DNA of 63,200 nucleotides, filler included, from Choristocarpus tenellus KU-1152 (taxonomy: Eukaryota; Protista; Phaeophyceae): the NCBI GenBank assembly GCA_964200185.2. It is 10 parts of 10 records of this genome, joined end to end, with 100 filler letters (N's around TTAATTAATTAA, not from the genome) between each part and the next. Parts side by side here need not be neighbours in the genome. Positions count along the whole stretch, not along the records: positions 33,372 to 45,305 come from CAXNAD020002061.1; positions 45,406 to 57,276 come from CAXNAD020002090.1; 8 more parts are not named here. One strand, 5' to 3'. This document shows positions 38,105-52,049 of the stretch, piece after piece. Position 1 is the stretch's first letter, and every line of letters starts with the position of its first letter. Position numbers and translations under genes: made by a program. The notes beneath the pieces are model-generated. The model was not told the DNA's origin and did not search any database. It saw only the letters and a list, made by a program, of their open reading frames with translations.

Positions 38105-40221
38105 CGGACTGCTATTTTGTGAATGTTTTTTTGTGTGTTTGATGACATGGCCGTCTGAGTCGCTGGATGGTGCTTGGGTTGATGGTCTTGAATTTCTTGA
38201 GTACAGTTGTAGGATGCAATGTCCCCTTTCTTTACAGTCGGTAATTTTATTTCACCTGAAGGCGTTTCCAGGTGCGTATTAATGATAATATTATATGTTT
38301 TGAACAAATAGGAGGGGAATTTATCGTGCATGGTTCTGTTGAGAAATCGTATCAAGGTTGTAAGAGGGATGGGGGGTGGGGGGCTCTATTACTGGTAGGT
38401 TCTATGTGTTGATTTCGAGAACAGAACCATCCATGATGGCAAGAGATGGCAGTGCACAATATGCTTGTAGCACAGGCACTCAAGCACCCAATCACCTGTA
38501 GATAGGCCCGATTCCCATCACCCCTTGTCCAGCACCTCACCCACACGTCTCTCCATGATGTCTTCTGTTGCATGTTGTAGCGGCCAAGGGGCTAATGGAC
38601 GTGGGAATTATGACCTCTACCCCTGTTATCTTTGGGGTGCTGACCTGCCTGGATGAGAAGCAGGCAGTTGCGCGCTCTAAGGGAGACAACAACCACGGCT
38701 TTGGATGGGGTGAGACCCTGCTGTATCTGATTCAAGTTATTGATCGCCCTGGTTTCCTTTTTTTTTCTTTCCTAGTCTTGATGTTGAGGGGAAGTAGTTT
38801 TGTGTTGTGTTTTGTGTTGTGTTGTGTTGTGTTATGTTGTGTGTTTTGGAGTAGTGTTGAATTTTGTGTGTTGTCTACTGAACGGGTTGTTGACTCCCGA
38901 GTTTTCTCTTGCAAGTGAGATGGGCAGTAAAGTAGGTGGAGGGAAGTATATTTCTGCTCCTGTTCTGTTTTTTTATTTGTTTTTTTTCCGGTTTTTATTT
39001 TTATTTCATCTCTTTTCTTTGTTATTCTTGTTGTTTTGTTTGGGGTTACGGGTCCGAAACGATTCGATTGGCTCTGTACAAAGGGAGAGATGAAAAAAAA
39101 AAAGAAGCTTGAATAGAGCGAACTGTACCGAATAGGTGGGACAATAGACATTTTCTTTTTTTCGTGTCATCCAATGAGGATGAGCATGATGTGTTCTAGT
39201 TTCGTTTTTTGTGCATGGATGGACTACGTGCAGGACTAAGGCACGAATGTGTCAAGTACCATCACAATTGGGTTTCTTTTGTTGTTGTTTTTTGTGATGG
39301 CATCCCAACCTCCGTCTTGTCAGGTTTTCCCCGGATTACCTGTCTCTATGTGATTGTCCGGTTCGGTGCTTTTCAGTGTAGTTCCTGCTACGTGCTTTAG
39401 CATTAACCTAGGTAGTAAGAGTTGTCCAACTTTGGTGCACTCAGTGTACCTTTTCCAGTGCTCTTGACCGTTTAGTTACTGCCTTACCTTTATTTGCCGT
39501 GAACAGGCTTGACTGCAGTGGAGATGGCACTTCTGAGGCTGAGTGCAACAGGCATGATGAAACCCAAGGTAACATGTGATGGTTCTTGCTCCACTGCCTT
39601 CCTTGCAACCTATAAATGCAAAAGAATATCCTTTGTGTTTTTTTTTTTTCCAGTAAAGATGTTTTTGTTGGCTGGACTGACTCTCTGTTAAACCCCTCTC
39701 CACTGGAGGTTGAATCAACGGCTAGCTGAGAAAAAGTGTTTGCCTTGGTATGGTGGTTATGATCGGACCTTGCTTGATATGGTAATCTTGATGTGCAAGG
39801 CTGGCGATTCTGGGTTCTTGCTGCACTGGACGGGGGAACTCGTACCGATGTCAACAGCTTTTGGATAATTGCTGACGAGTGACCATTTGAACCAATAGAA
39901 ACGGCCCGCACGTCACATCCAACCAATGGGATGCATTTGCCCCCGCACCATACGCAATCGTTTCGTTATTTGCTCGTAACGTTTCGTTCGTGGTGTTTAG
40001 CACAAACCAACTGCATCACTTTTTTCCTCATTTTTTTTCCACGTCCTTGCAACCTTGCTTGTTCCCCTTTCTCCTGCTCTCTCGACCCTGAATGTGGATG
40101 GCATGTCGCATGTTTGTGCGCTAATGTGCTTCAGACGGGAAGTGTGGGCTTTGGCGGGGAGTTCGATGCTGATGTAAAACGCCAGGGCACCACCATTAAC
40201 AAACCAAAAATTGGGTTCTGA
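35135..40221 (+). CDS. ribH: 6,7-dimethyl-8-ribityllumazine synthase, 3' exons (35135-35192, 37804-37840, 38581-38709, 39507-39568, 40135-40221)
   Basis: Spliced product FLALSQRVDAVICLGCLIK|GETMHFEYIADAT|AKGLMDVG..TSTPVIFGVLTCLDEKQAVARS.GDNNHGFGWG|LTAVEMALLR... carries the lumazine synthase signatures, and all phases match. Confidence 0.95.
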
Positions 40222-40699
40222 GTGTCGAGTCGTGCTTTATCCATTGTTAGTGAGAAAGAACAGAAGTTTGAGGGTGCATTGGGCGAGGCTGTACCTGGAA
40301 GGCTTTTATTTTCTCTTCCCGGAACCACCAAGGTTAGGGATCCAGGAAACTCTAGGTTAGGAAGAGCAAGTAGGTTGCTTTGACTAAATATACTTGGAAG
40401 CAATTCATTTTGTCTTACTGCAAAAGGCAACGACTATCCTGAGCCCTGTGCTGAGTTCAAGAGTAGGAAATCAGGAGAGGTTTGGTGACAACCCGCTAAG
40501 AGATCTGCCTTGCCTTTTAAGAAATCAGCAGCGGACAACAGTATAATAGTGCCTGTGGAGCTATTGATGCTGAAGAAGGTACATTCTACATATCAAACTG
40601 GTACTGCATTCCTCATGCTGTTGAGTATGCCCTCCCACTTGAAAGTTCTACACAAGTTGCCAAACGATGTACAGTCAAAACGGAGATATGGTGTGTATA

Positions 40700-41450
40700 T
40701 ATAAAATAATATTCTATTCTTGGAAGCTCCCACTATATTTTTCAATTATTTGGTATCCTTTACTTAGATGGGAAAAGCTAAGCAAAAGTCGCTATCTACT
40801 GACAGCTTTATTAAACAAAAACATTTGTGCGCATCAAAACAATCAGAGGCTTTGGTCTTTATAGACAACTTTCACCCTCCGATTTTGTAGATCTATGATG
40901 ACTAGATAGTATATATAGCCTGAAGAAGTCGTAAGACCCGCCCTAAGGGATCCCAGAGCTGTGGTTAAAAGTATAATCCCCAAAAGAAGGCAATACACAC
41001 TGCTTGACTCGGTATGGAAGTACCTAAGGCAACAATTTTTTATTCCTGTCATTCTGACGTCAACGCCTGGAGGGCACCTGGCCTAAGATAGAGAAAGGCA
41101 ATCAAGCAAAGGAAGTCTTAACAGGAAGGACTGGCTGATAGGAGGGTAGATGCTGTAGTGAGGGAAGTGAATGTGCTTTTCCTAGGAAATAGGTGGACGG
41201 AAGTAGTAAGCCTTAACAGAGAAGATAAAGGTTTCCGAGGAGAGTGGAGCGCAACAACCTAAGTAAAACACAGGATGGCGGTCGACTTTTGAGTGCTTGG
41301 GCTACTTGTGGGTATAGGATAGGGAAATACATGTGTCGAATGCATCGTGTGTGCTAGATATCTCGAAGAGGATCAAGATACCTGATCTGACTTGGAAATG
41401 GCAGGAGAGGAATGAACATTTCAGTGCTTGGCCTCTTTGCCTAACATACA
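40700..41450 (+). mobile_element. Possible gypsy RNaseH/chromodomain remnant
   Basis: Weak degenerate motifs (LLTALLNKN, TFTL, WKYLR, SRYLI). Many stops. Confidence 0.25.
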
Positions 41451-43899
41451 GATACATACTCCAGAGTGTGTGGAAGAGGTTTCCATTAGTCTGGACACAT
41501 CGAGGATGAGTTTAGCAAGAGAAGACGTTCATGTTCGATGGATGCTTGGGGAATTGGTTCATAGTAATAATGAGGTACGTGAAAGAAATTACGCCTTTTT
41601 TCCCAACGCTCAAGTTATTTAGTTGTAATTTCTGAATACACTGCACACTGTTTTCCCATTTCCATCACATAATTTCCCAATAACATCTGCAACGGGGTCT
41701 CTACTCCACTTGCCAAGGTCTCGACTAAAAATCTCTTTGGTTGTCGTTTCGTTTTGCTGAGGGAGGTCAGGGAACAAAATCGTAAACCACACCACTCATC
41801 AATACACAAGTCCAACGCGAAGGTACATTAATATTAATTGCTTTCACAATATTGTTTTATGTCATGTTACTGACAAGGGAAAAACATCCTACCTCACGTC
41901 CAGACTCCATACCCGTTGCTTCCATCGCAAGGGACGGTCAACCCACCTATTTGTTTCGGTCTGACTCCGATATTATACCAGACGTCTGGGAAGTTGAGTT
42001 TTTATTTTGTATTCGCATTTATTTTACTCTCTAGTATTACCTTAGAAGCGCATTCACCCACATTCGCGACCTGCCCATTTCTAGTTCTATTCTTCAACTT
42101 CAACAAGAACAAAGAAACGATGAAGAGAAGAAAGAAAAAAGAACAAGGGATGGAAGAAAAAGTGCCAAAAAGAGAGGATACAAAGAGAAGTAGGTGATGG
42201 GCACCTGTGTAGACCCCAGGAGCAAATACCTCTATATGATAGTATTCCAATGATTGAAGGTGAGTGAGGTGGGTTCAATGACCCACTGGAGAAATGTGAG
42301 AAAGGGCTTCATCATCTCCATACTTGGCCAAACTTGTCCATGTTTTGGTCATTCCTGTTTCTCAGGCACACTGTTATCATATGGAAGTACTTCATACAGC
42401 AGAGAGAAACAGAATGAACCCAAAAGGACAATATGCAGCTTCCCATCTTCCTTTGTTACATCTCTCTAGATATGTATATATATATATATGGGAACCTGCC
42501 AAGAATGTCAAGAAAACATTTGCCACCTAAAGACTGAAGGAATCCAGACACAGCAACAGTGTAAGTCCATACTTCTTTTTCCTATAGTTGGTATTCATGC
42601 AAGTCTTGAGGCACTCCTGAATCGATTGTTGCACCTCGGCATTTCGATTGTTATCGTAAATTCTTTTTAATTGGTTGAGAATAGAAATTCCTTTGTTCCT
42701 TGCTATTGTTCTGACTTGCAAACAAAACAGACCGAGGTGTTGGTTGTCAAAAGAGTTAATTTTTTTGGTTGTTTCGAAAATCACGATGACAATGCGTCAT
42801 TGTAACCCCTCGGACACATATTTTCTACTTTCCTGGGCAAAACGCGGGCTATAGCATACCTTGGATAATACAGGAGATGACACTTCTGGTAGTGGAGAAA
42901 GATTACAGAAAATATGGTAAGTCAATTTGTTGAGCCTCTGACGAGACCTACCACCAGCCGTTGGACCTTTCACCTCATAGATACACGCCCACCTCGCCTC
43001 AGGTGTTGCCAATTTAATTGAATGTATCAAAGGCTTTTCACAAGCACGTGAAAAACGTTAAGTACAATACTTCTTTCGATTCCCTGCAACAATAGTTCAT
43101 AAACAAACAAATACAAGCTTCTGCCTTCTACATGACAAAGGAGGGAATTAAGGAGTTGGCAGGCAAATGACAAGTGAAAAACTATTGTTCCTTCCACTGG
43201 CAGTAGAACAAAAAGTGATGTATCAGCCTAAAAAATAGCTCGGAGGAGAAGATTGTATGTAAGGTAGAAGAGAGTCTCACAAATCAAGTAGGTACAATGA
43301 GAAGAAGAATTCAGAAGGGCACTGTCATTCTATTGGCTCGAAGGGGTAAATAGACAAATTCTATTGGTTCAAACAATACCGAAAACAGAATAATAATACT
43401 CATTTTCCTCTCATTTCCCCAACTCATTAACCTTTGCATGGCTTCTTGATAGAGTGAGACAGTCGCAACATACAGCCAACAAATGGAACAAAATTTGTAA
43501 AAAGAGAAAATACGTTTTCTTCTAACATTTCTTCTTCGTACTTTGACAGAACGGAGGCAGCACATGGTCCAAAAACAGGATAAAAAAATATATGAAAGTA
43601 CTCTCAGCACAGCTTGTTCAGCTGAGCAAACAGCATAGACGGGCCAAGTATTTTCCTCAGAGATCCCCAGGACATGAATCACGAATCACCCAGAGAAGTT
43701 GTGAGTCTTTGCATGTACAAGGGTGCACACTCACTGGCGATGACCCACTGATCAGTTCTGCTCATAAGCTATTGAATCTATGAGCTCAAAATCTCAACAG
43801 AAATCTCCCCCACTTCCTGAAAACATCCCTATTGATGTGCCTGTAATCAGCTGATGAGGGGTTTGCTGTTTTCAGATGCAGCTCAACCTACAGGGAAGC

Positions 43900-44485
43900 C
43901 AAACATTTACACAATATGTATTTTATAGTCAAATGCCCACTAAGAACAGGATGTGGACCTACTCTCAAGCTCATGGCGGTGCCACGATGGCGAAGGAATG
44001 GCTGCCTTGGTTCAGACACATTATTGAAGCACCTCTGAAGCATTGGAAGTTTCTTCAGAAAAAGGTGATGGCATCCAACAAGACACCTCCAAAATATAGG
44101 TTTTCACACAACTCTCTGAGAGGGAATCAAGGTGTTCTTGCATACCATCCAGCGAGATGGGGAGCAACAACATAGACTGACTTCTATCATAGCACAGTTC
44201 ACTATGATCATGGGCTTTTCCTTGCTTCTGCCTTCCTTGAGTTTTCACTCTGTTGGCCCAGAGATACAGAAGTAGTAGCACCCAACCCTCTTGTGGCATA
44301 CAACAGGACAGAAATGTCACACTGCCACATAGCAGAGAAGATATCCTCTGACAACATCCTCTTTGAACTGGGACACACGTCCGCCATCTGCTCTTTCCCT
44401 TACAGTGAACCTCCAGGTGGTTGTCGATCACATCCTCTCATAGAATGGGTTCTGGAAAATTTTGGGGCTGTATGATGAGGGGTAA
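43900..44485 (+). mobile_element. Copia RNase H remnant
   Basis: AYNRTEMSHCHIAEKISSDNILFELGHT resembles H.RTKHI...HFIRE.v....I...yv.T, followed by a purine tract. Confidence 0.35.
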
Positions 44486-44552
44486 GAACTTCCCTTCATC
44501 CCCTTCGAAACTGATCACAGACCCTGATAATGCCTCACAGTGTAACCAAACC

Positions 44553-45176
44553 CTAGAAGGAGAACATCCTCTTCCTCCCCTTACCTCCGCGAGAATCCCC
44601 ATCTTTTCCAGTGAGGGTTCTCTCCACATGGCCACAACTCAGCCGGACTTCCTGCATTTTTTCCCTGACCTCCTCCAGCCTTCTCCTTGCCTCTTGGGCC
44701 GTTCTTGGATCCTTATCCCTATTGCGTGCAATGGTCTCCTCAAGACTCGCCACCTTTGCCGCCAACATCGACTCTGTCTCACGGAATTTTACTAGGTGCG
44801 ATCGCAGCTCTGATTGTGACATATCCACAGCCCTCTTCCTGCTTATTGACCCTGCCACCCTGGACCCATTTGCCAACCCTACTCCTGCCCCTGCCCCCGT
44901 CTTTTTCCCATCCCCTCGCCCAGTAGGCACACCGGCTGCTTTGTTGCCAACGGCATGGATGGTCACATTGAGGAAATCAAACATGGCTTTCTGTGGCTCT
45001 GCATCTACTTCTGAGGCAATCCCACGAGCTCCAAGCTTGTGTTTCTTACTCTTTCTGAGGTTGGTACTATTGTGCAGCACGGGTGCTCCACGCTCTCCAG
45101 GGTCTGCAGGATCATAAATATGGTCCAGAGCTCTGCCTGGTGGAAGCACTCGGATTGGTACTGGCTTGGCTATACC
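44553..45176 (-). CDS. ZGPAT: Terminal exon of a ZGPAT-like (CCCH/G-patch) protein
   Basis: ag|GIAKPVPIRVLPPGRALD (G-patch end), MFDFLN motif, a coiled coil with IARN, and the C-terminus KRMFSF*. The exon is 624 nt and in frame. Confidence 0.75.
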   Translation of the reverse strand, partial: GIAKPVPIRVLPPGRALDHIYDPADPGERGAPVLHNSTNLRKSKKHKLGARGIASEVDAEPQKAMFDFLNVTIHAVGNKAAGVPTGRGDGKKTGAGAGVGLANGSRVAGSISRKRAVDMSQSELRSHLVKFRETESMLAAKVASLEETIARNRDKDPRTAQEARRRLEEVREKMQEVRLSCGHVERTLTGKDGDSRGGKGRKRMFSF

Positions 45177-47099
45177 CTACACAGCTCCATCCCAAAGGGG
45201 AGATTTGAAAAGGGAGGGGGGGGGGGGGGGGGGGGGGGGGGTTTTTCAATTTTTTAAAAACCATAAAAAAGGGAAGGGAAAGGGGAGGGGGGGGAGGAGG
45301 GAGGGNNNNNNNNNNNNNNNNNNNNNNNNNNNNNNNNNNNNNNNNNNNNTTAATTAATTAANNNNNNNNNNNNNNNNNNNNNNNNNNNNNNNNNNNNNNN
45401 NNNNNCCCCCCCCCCCAGATACTTTGGGTCTCCTTTGTGGGAAACCCTCGCAAAATTTATGACTTCCCTGAAGGGTGGAATGAGCAAGGCAAGGTAGGCA
45501 CAGGGAGCTGCCATTGTCTGTTAGTCCGGCTTTGACCACACCCTGTTGACTGGACTAAGAGACTTGTGGCATGCAGTGATAGGTGAGGGGGGAGGGCTGG
45601 GACAGGAAATGGAGGGGAAGCATCTGGTTGTGTTTCTGAGGAAAATCAACAGAAGTATCGTCACAGAGGTCAAACTGCAGGATAGCGGAAAACGTTTTCC
45701 AAAGGAACTCAAATCACCTTTGTCCAGGGAGGAGTCGTGTTCAATCTTTCTTACCCACCACCAAGCTTGGACACTAGGTGCTGATTCCCTCCAACATCCC
45801 CATCATCTCCATCACAACATTCCTATGCCCATCCAAAGTGCTGCGACAGTAGGGAATAGAGGGAAATGGGCAGGGGCTCTCAGTTGAGTGTAGTTGAGGG
45901 CATGCTAATGAAAACATCCCTACTATTTCCTATTGCTTTACCGGAAAGGTGCTGAAGTTGCATGCGTGAGTTCAAAAGAAAAAAAAGTGGTGGGGTGGGG
46001 GGAAGGAATTGATGCACAGATGGACGGACTACCACACCGAAACACACTCAAGTTATCACTACAAGAGACTCCCGGATCAAGAGGAAGAGGTATTTATTAT
46101 TGCAATATCATTGCCAAGGCCATCGGGGGAAAATGGATATCACATGACGAAATGAGTCTTCAATATTTCAATGGGTTATCCTTCAAAAAAGAAGGAATGC
46201 AAAGCACACGAGGTGACTCACTGGAAACTGTTTACGTGAATTCAGTCTTTTGGAGCAACTCCTTCTGTTCTGCCATGCTGGGACTTTCTCCTACATCTAC
46301 AGGCCCTTCAAGCCTCTATAACTTTGAGCAGGGTGAGGACTCACTCTGGGTTGCACCTGTAGCATAGCTTGACACCCGACTGTTCTTCCGCTCTGGACAC
46401 GATAATGTGTACCTTCAAGTGTTCCCTTTGTATTATTACCAAGCCGTGTACTCTGGCACTCTGTACACCATCTTTGCCTGGACTAGCCTCCCCCAAAGAA
46501 GAGCTGCTTTCCTATCCAGCTGGCATGGTACATATTCTTGTCAATCCTTTGCCTGAACCCTATACACCATAATTTCTCATTTACACATAAATCGCACCTC
46601 TTCTGTCTTACACTACACTCTGAGTAGAAACAATAGCTCAAAAATATGAGAGTCCAACGATTTCAGAGGTCAGCTGGGTTACATTTTTTGGAACCCAATA
46701 AAGGCAAAAATACCGTTTTGTATGATTGCAGAAGTGTTAAATTATTTGTGGTGTCACTTTGTGTGTGGAAGGGGAAAAATTAATTAAGCGTATGCTCTTG
46801 TGCACATAAAACAATGAAACAGAATGTACTGCACGGGGAAAGTGAGTTGCCTTAGAATGTAAGAGGGTCCAAACTCACCTACCTCTTGATTGATTTGGCT
46901 CATGAGTGCTATCCCTCAAGTAATAATTTCTATGGCAATTTCTTTCGCAAGCTAAGGGGCAGGATGGACAGAGGCAAAGAATGTGTAATTTTAGGGATGG
47001 ATTATGGCTACTTGTTGATGCTGAGTAGAGTCAATTCACACCATGTGACCGTAAACATGCCACGTCAACAAACCAATATCAGAATTCGCGGGTCATATC

Positions 47100-47750
47100 T
47101 ATTAATGGTAAGCCCTGTCCATCTATTCTTATGGTTCTAATACTGTAACTGACTTTTCGATTATTTCAGTCATCACCTCTGCAGCAGCAAAGGGACGAAA
47201 CTGCAACATCATTATGTTCTCGTCAGCTTTCTTGGATCAAGGGTATGTCACAATGGAGATCATGGCGACCTCATCGCACTCAGAGTGGTGAGTAGTTCAG
47301 AAGGGGGCTTCCCCCTTTCTGCTGTTCCTCGTAGGGTCAGTCAATATGGTGTTATTCAAGCCCACCAACAGTCTTACCCTCCAGAGTTGAGTCCACCTTA
47401 AATCTAGGGACTGAAGATAGATCCACGGCTGGCTTGGTTATTCTGGCACTTGAAGTAGTGGCTAGGCTAGGTCAGCAGAAATGCTATGCAATTATGTGAA
47501 GCATAATCGAAACCTCTGTACAGGGTATAGGTCATATCGCAGCCTGATGAACCACATTCGTGGTCCATGCAAAGAGACCTTGAAAAACTCTGAATTAGGC
47601 ATTTTGAGCGGGGAACGGTTGGGAAGAGTGCTCAACAGACTTATTGATTGTGTGCTTTCTAATAGCCAAACGTCGATTTTGTATCTATATACTACACTTG
47701 AATTGTAAAGCAAGTATAATTACACCATGACAAGGTTGGAAAATTGCAGA
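47100..47750 (-). mobile_element. Possible copia RT/RNase H remnant
   Basis: Very degenerate similarity only. Confidence 0.25.
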
Positions 47751-49759
47751 CTGTAACTGTCACGACATGATGCCAGAAACAGCTGTGCCCCAGTCACCTT
47801 TTCGTAATGGTATTTTGCAGGAGAAACAGAGCCAGTCATTGATCCAACTGCTCTACCTCTCCATATTCATCAATTCTCCTCAATGCTGATAGTATCCAAT
47901 TCTGTTGGATAACACACACACATCATTGATGTAACACACAACAGGAATTACCACAATTGAAAAGCCTAAGTTACATATGTGGTGGTGTTTTTAGCCATGC
48001 ACAACCCCAGTGGGTGGTCCCCCTACCCAACTCTGAATAGATAAATGCTGCACATCCAATCAGAAAGGGGAGTCAGAGTGAGCAACAAGGATATACAAGG
48101 ACTACTGGTGTTCAAAAAGGCCCAACAAATGCAGCCCTTCTGCCCCACGCACTCCCTCTACTTCATGGCTTGTCACTACTGGCAAACCACAGCAATGAAA
48201 CTGCATCCCTCAGGTCAGATAATTTCCATGGACCACTCATCATAATACTAGTACCACGAACCCAACCTAAATGAGTGACATTTTTGAAGTGTTCTACACG
48301 TTCTAGATTGCACTCTGAAAACAAAAACTGTAAGAAGCTATTGCTACAGATAGATGGTGCATCCGGTCCTCTCAAACATTGCGGTCATCCCCTGAATGTT
48401 GTTCTGAAGTGGTAATCTTGCATGCTTGTCAAAATCATTGGAGACTGCAGTGCTCCAACTCAAAAGAGCTCCAGGATGTGTTGCTCCGTTGACCCAGCAA
48501 TGCCACACACATCATGGACGACTTGGCAGGTGCTCCTGTGCGTTGTTCTTAGATGGCAAATACAGCACCACATATGTCCTATGAACAGTCAAATGGGGGA
48601 AAGGTTGGGCAGGAGAAGGGACTAAAAGTCAATAATCATCACTTACACAACAAGGTGAACTTGCAGCACAGATTTATTTGCTTTTTCCTGGTTGTTTCGG
48701 CACCTGAGATTTTTTTTGGTCTATTTGAATCAAAGTAACAACTCCTTTACATACCAAATGACCTACAGCAGTGGGCAATGCCACAAAAAAAAGCAGCATT
48801 GCACTTGTTGGTTCCCCTCAGCAAAGAGTAGAGAACCCTCCTAAAAAAACGCTGCAAGTATCGCAGGGATCTAGAGGGATGAGAGGGATAGAGAGGCAAG
48901 AAGTGTTGTTGCTGTGTCGACAGCACTGATGTGTAACATGAAGAAACATAGCCCATTTTATCAACAGCATTGACAGTAGTGCACGCCCTAGCAGCGTACA
49001 TCAAGAGCCGCGGTTGTGGGTGGCGATATTGTCTTGGGAAGGTGCGCCTTTTTGGACAGTCAAACCTATACAATTTCAAGGGTAGCATGCACAGTAGGTG
49101 TCGAAGGAAGAGGAAGGGAGAGAGCAAAGATGCTACTAATTCCAGAACACCCAAAGTGTGATCAAGGTTAAAACCAAGTATTGTAGAAAAACAGACTTTC
49201 AAATTGTTAAGGGACACAAGAAAACCACCATCAGTGTAACTACAAACACACACACACACACGCACACAAGTAGCCTATATTCAATAGGATTGAAAACCAA
49301 CTCCCTTAAATACATAGCCCCCTATCTATCCCTTCACTGGTTATCCAACTACCACACTGCAACAATATTAGGGAATTGAAACAAAACACCCTCAATCAAT
49401 CTATATCTGTGAAGCCATCAAGAGCCTTCCAGTCATCAAACAGTATGTACACACACTTTACCAGAGGGTCACCCTCCTCCCCTCCTGGCGCTCACTCACC
49501 CGTATCCATGCATTGACAGCAACCTGAGGTCCCCACCAAAATGTCTTGCATACCACCGACTGACTGGAAGCCCTATCCCCATGCCACACAGCGGGTCTGG
49601 GGCTGGCTGGAAAGATGCGTTTTCCCGATGTTTCGCGTCAACCTCACCATACGCCTCTGTTTGGGAATGGATGTATTGAGTGAAACTAAAATTTTGTAAC
49701 AGGAGTCACAACAATAAAATGTCAGAGGGTTGCATGGGAACAGACAGTAGCGGCCATTG

Positions 49760-51630
49760 CTATAGGGTTAGAAATCTTCCATCAGGATTGTGTGCAGTGT
49801 TTGCGAATTGTAGCGAATGAATCAGTCTGATTCAATTAAAACACAGCTTACTCAAAAACGAAAATCTTGGGACAAATGATTTAGTTACTATTTTTTTTTG
49901 TTCCTGGAATATGATGGGGGAGAGAAGGACAGACACAGGCACACAAGCACATTTAACATATCCAAGTCAGCAAATGAAACCATGGTATACCCTGGTACTC
50001 TGGATATGGTGAGGGTGGATACCTACACAAGTTTGATGTTGACCCATGTGCAGGATACGGCAATCTGCTTGCAGAGGATGATGGCAAAGAAGGCGAAGGT
50101 CAGATGAAGACTCTGATATCTGCCTTGAAGGCAGGCAGTGGGTGGTCAACAGTTGGAATGTATCTCTTGCTTGAGGGAGACCACTGTATCACAATCCACC
50201 ACTATATAGACCTACATTTGGAGTGTGTACCTGGTAGAGTAGTATTCAATGGGCAAGGCGAAACCCATGCCATGAAGACAACTCAGGTAGGTGTTGGCGA
50301 CTATTCGAAGCCCAGCCAGCACAAGGAGTGCTTGGCGGAGATGTACAGGATGTTGAGGATTGAGCCAAAGAAAGTAATGCGGTATGTATTTCTGACTTGT
50401 TGACAATGCACATATTCCATGGTGAACCACTTCCTATACCTCAAACCCGTCATCACTCTTCAAGAGAGCACTTGATCATCACCCACCGTGTATCGTGTCG
50501 ACGTTTGAGTTGGACACAATCAGTTCGCTGAATTGTGGTGTCAAGGGTGAACATCGATTTGGTTGCACACAATTGTGTACAAAAAAAGAAATGGAACAGG
50601 GTGTATTGCACAGGGCAAGAAAGTTTATTCTACTTAGAATGCAAAAGGGTCTCGCCCTGCCTACCTCTCAATTGGTTTGGTTTGTTATCAATATCTGTGA
50701 AGTGCTTTGGTACAGGGAGGAACATTGCCCAGTCCTCTGAGGGTTGAGGCAGAAGCAGGTCTTGGCTAATTGTCTGAACCCCACTTGCGGGATTTCAGAG
50801 AATGAGCATGATGAAGACATTCATAGGCAGGTGGACTTGAAAAATCTAGGCATTGTGAAGGAGGGGCACAGAGCATGGGAAGCAGAGAATAGTCCAGTGG
50901 TGGAACCAAGCCCACATTCACGTACTGCCCATCTTGAGCGGGGGCGGCCCTCCCATAAGTGACACTAGGGTTCTGGTTGAGCTTCCTTGCAATGTGTGTG
51001 GGGAGTTGCATTGGTGATGGTGGGATATTGGAACACACAGTCAGGTAACATGTGGAGGAAGCTGCTCATGTAGAGGCTGATGCCTTTCAGGTTGCACAAA
51101 GGGAGTTCCTAACATTGATATTGACGGTGGAGCTTACAACAACCCGCTCAAGTGGTGACAGACAGGGAGCTTAAGATTTCTGTGCCTGCCCAAACTTTCT
51201 TGTCACATTTTGGGCAATTCCCGCTACCCAATCAGAATCAGGGTGCATGATCTCAACAGCTGGTAATATTTTGACCTAAGAATGAGAAGGGTGGACCCAG
51301 GTTATGTGCAGCAGCCGCTTGTCTTCCTTTCAAACACCCAAACAAAGAAGGTGGGTGCATGGGAGACTCTCAATAAAGATAACAGAGAGGATATCACTTG
51401 GAGACTGATTGAAGCAGTAACAATGTGTAGCCACACATATGTATGTACCTACAATAGGATGAAAGATACGACATGAAAGTTGAATATAAAATATCTCATT
51501 CTGTGGTATCCTCAAAGCTCTTCAGCCCCCTTGTCTGCAAAACACACACAATAATTGTAAGAGTCTGTTGGGCATAACACTGAAGCGTATCTAATAGTGG
51601 GAAATAGAGTTCATTTATGAAGAGTACCTC
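49760..51630 (+). mobile_element. hAT transposon remnant (longer copy)
   Basis: 50810-51630 is homologous to 14060-14790 (ENSPVVEPSP; NPLKW of the dimerization domain). Confidence 0.7.
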
Positions 51631-51647
51631 AAAAAAGTTCTGAGCTA

Positions 51648-51906
51648 GAGTGAAAGTATCTTAGAGGGTATGAGTTTTGCCCTGTTTGTCCATTTGGGGC
51701 ATGGCTTGCCACGGGCTTTTAATGACATTCTACCTAAACCAAAATGTTTCGGAGTGGGTGAAATGCATACGTTATGAAAAGGTGTGTCCGGAACAAGAAT
51801 ATTGAAATCTCGTAACAAACATGATAGTCAAAATTACATCAAAATTGCAACATTGGACCTTGGTCCTCAAATGGACGCGGCTCTACCCTCTAAGATACTT
51901 TGAATC
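51648..51906. mobile_element. MITE family 1, complete copy
   Basis: gagtgaaagtatcttagagggta ... taccctctaagatactttgaatc. Confidence 0.85.
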
Positions 51907-52049
51907 ACTGTTGAAACAAGTTTCATTATTATTACACGAGTTTGGTTGAACTAATGGCAAAGAAAAATGCTTAGTGACACGCGTGCAGGCAATAAATGAT
52001 GCCTGCGGGGCAAGAGGTGTGACTGGTGTCAACCTCTGACGCTTGCCAC

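Noticed and set aside
37663-38355. 230-aa proline-rich ORF
   Set aside because: It is antisense to a ribH exon and its introns, built from poly-G tracts, and spans an N gap.
26673-40221. purA, CDF transporter and ribH as a metabolic gene cluster
   Set aside because: They lie on three different contigs separated by linkers, so linkage is unsupported.
44611-45117. 168-aa plus-strand ORF
   Set aside because: It is the antisense shadow of the ZGPAT-like exon.
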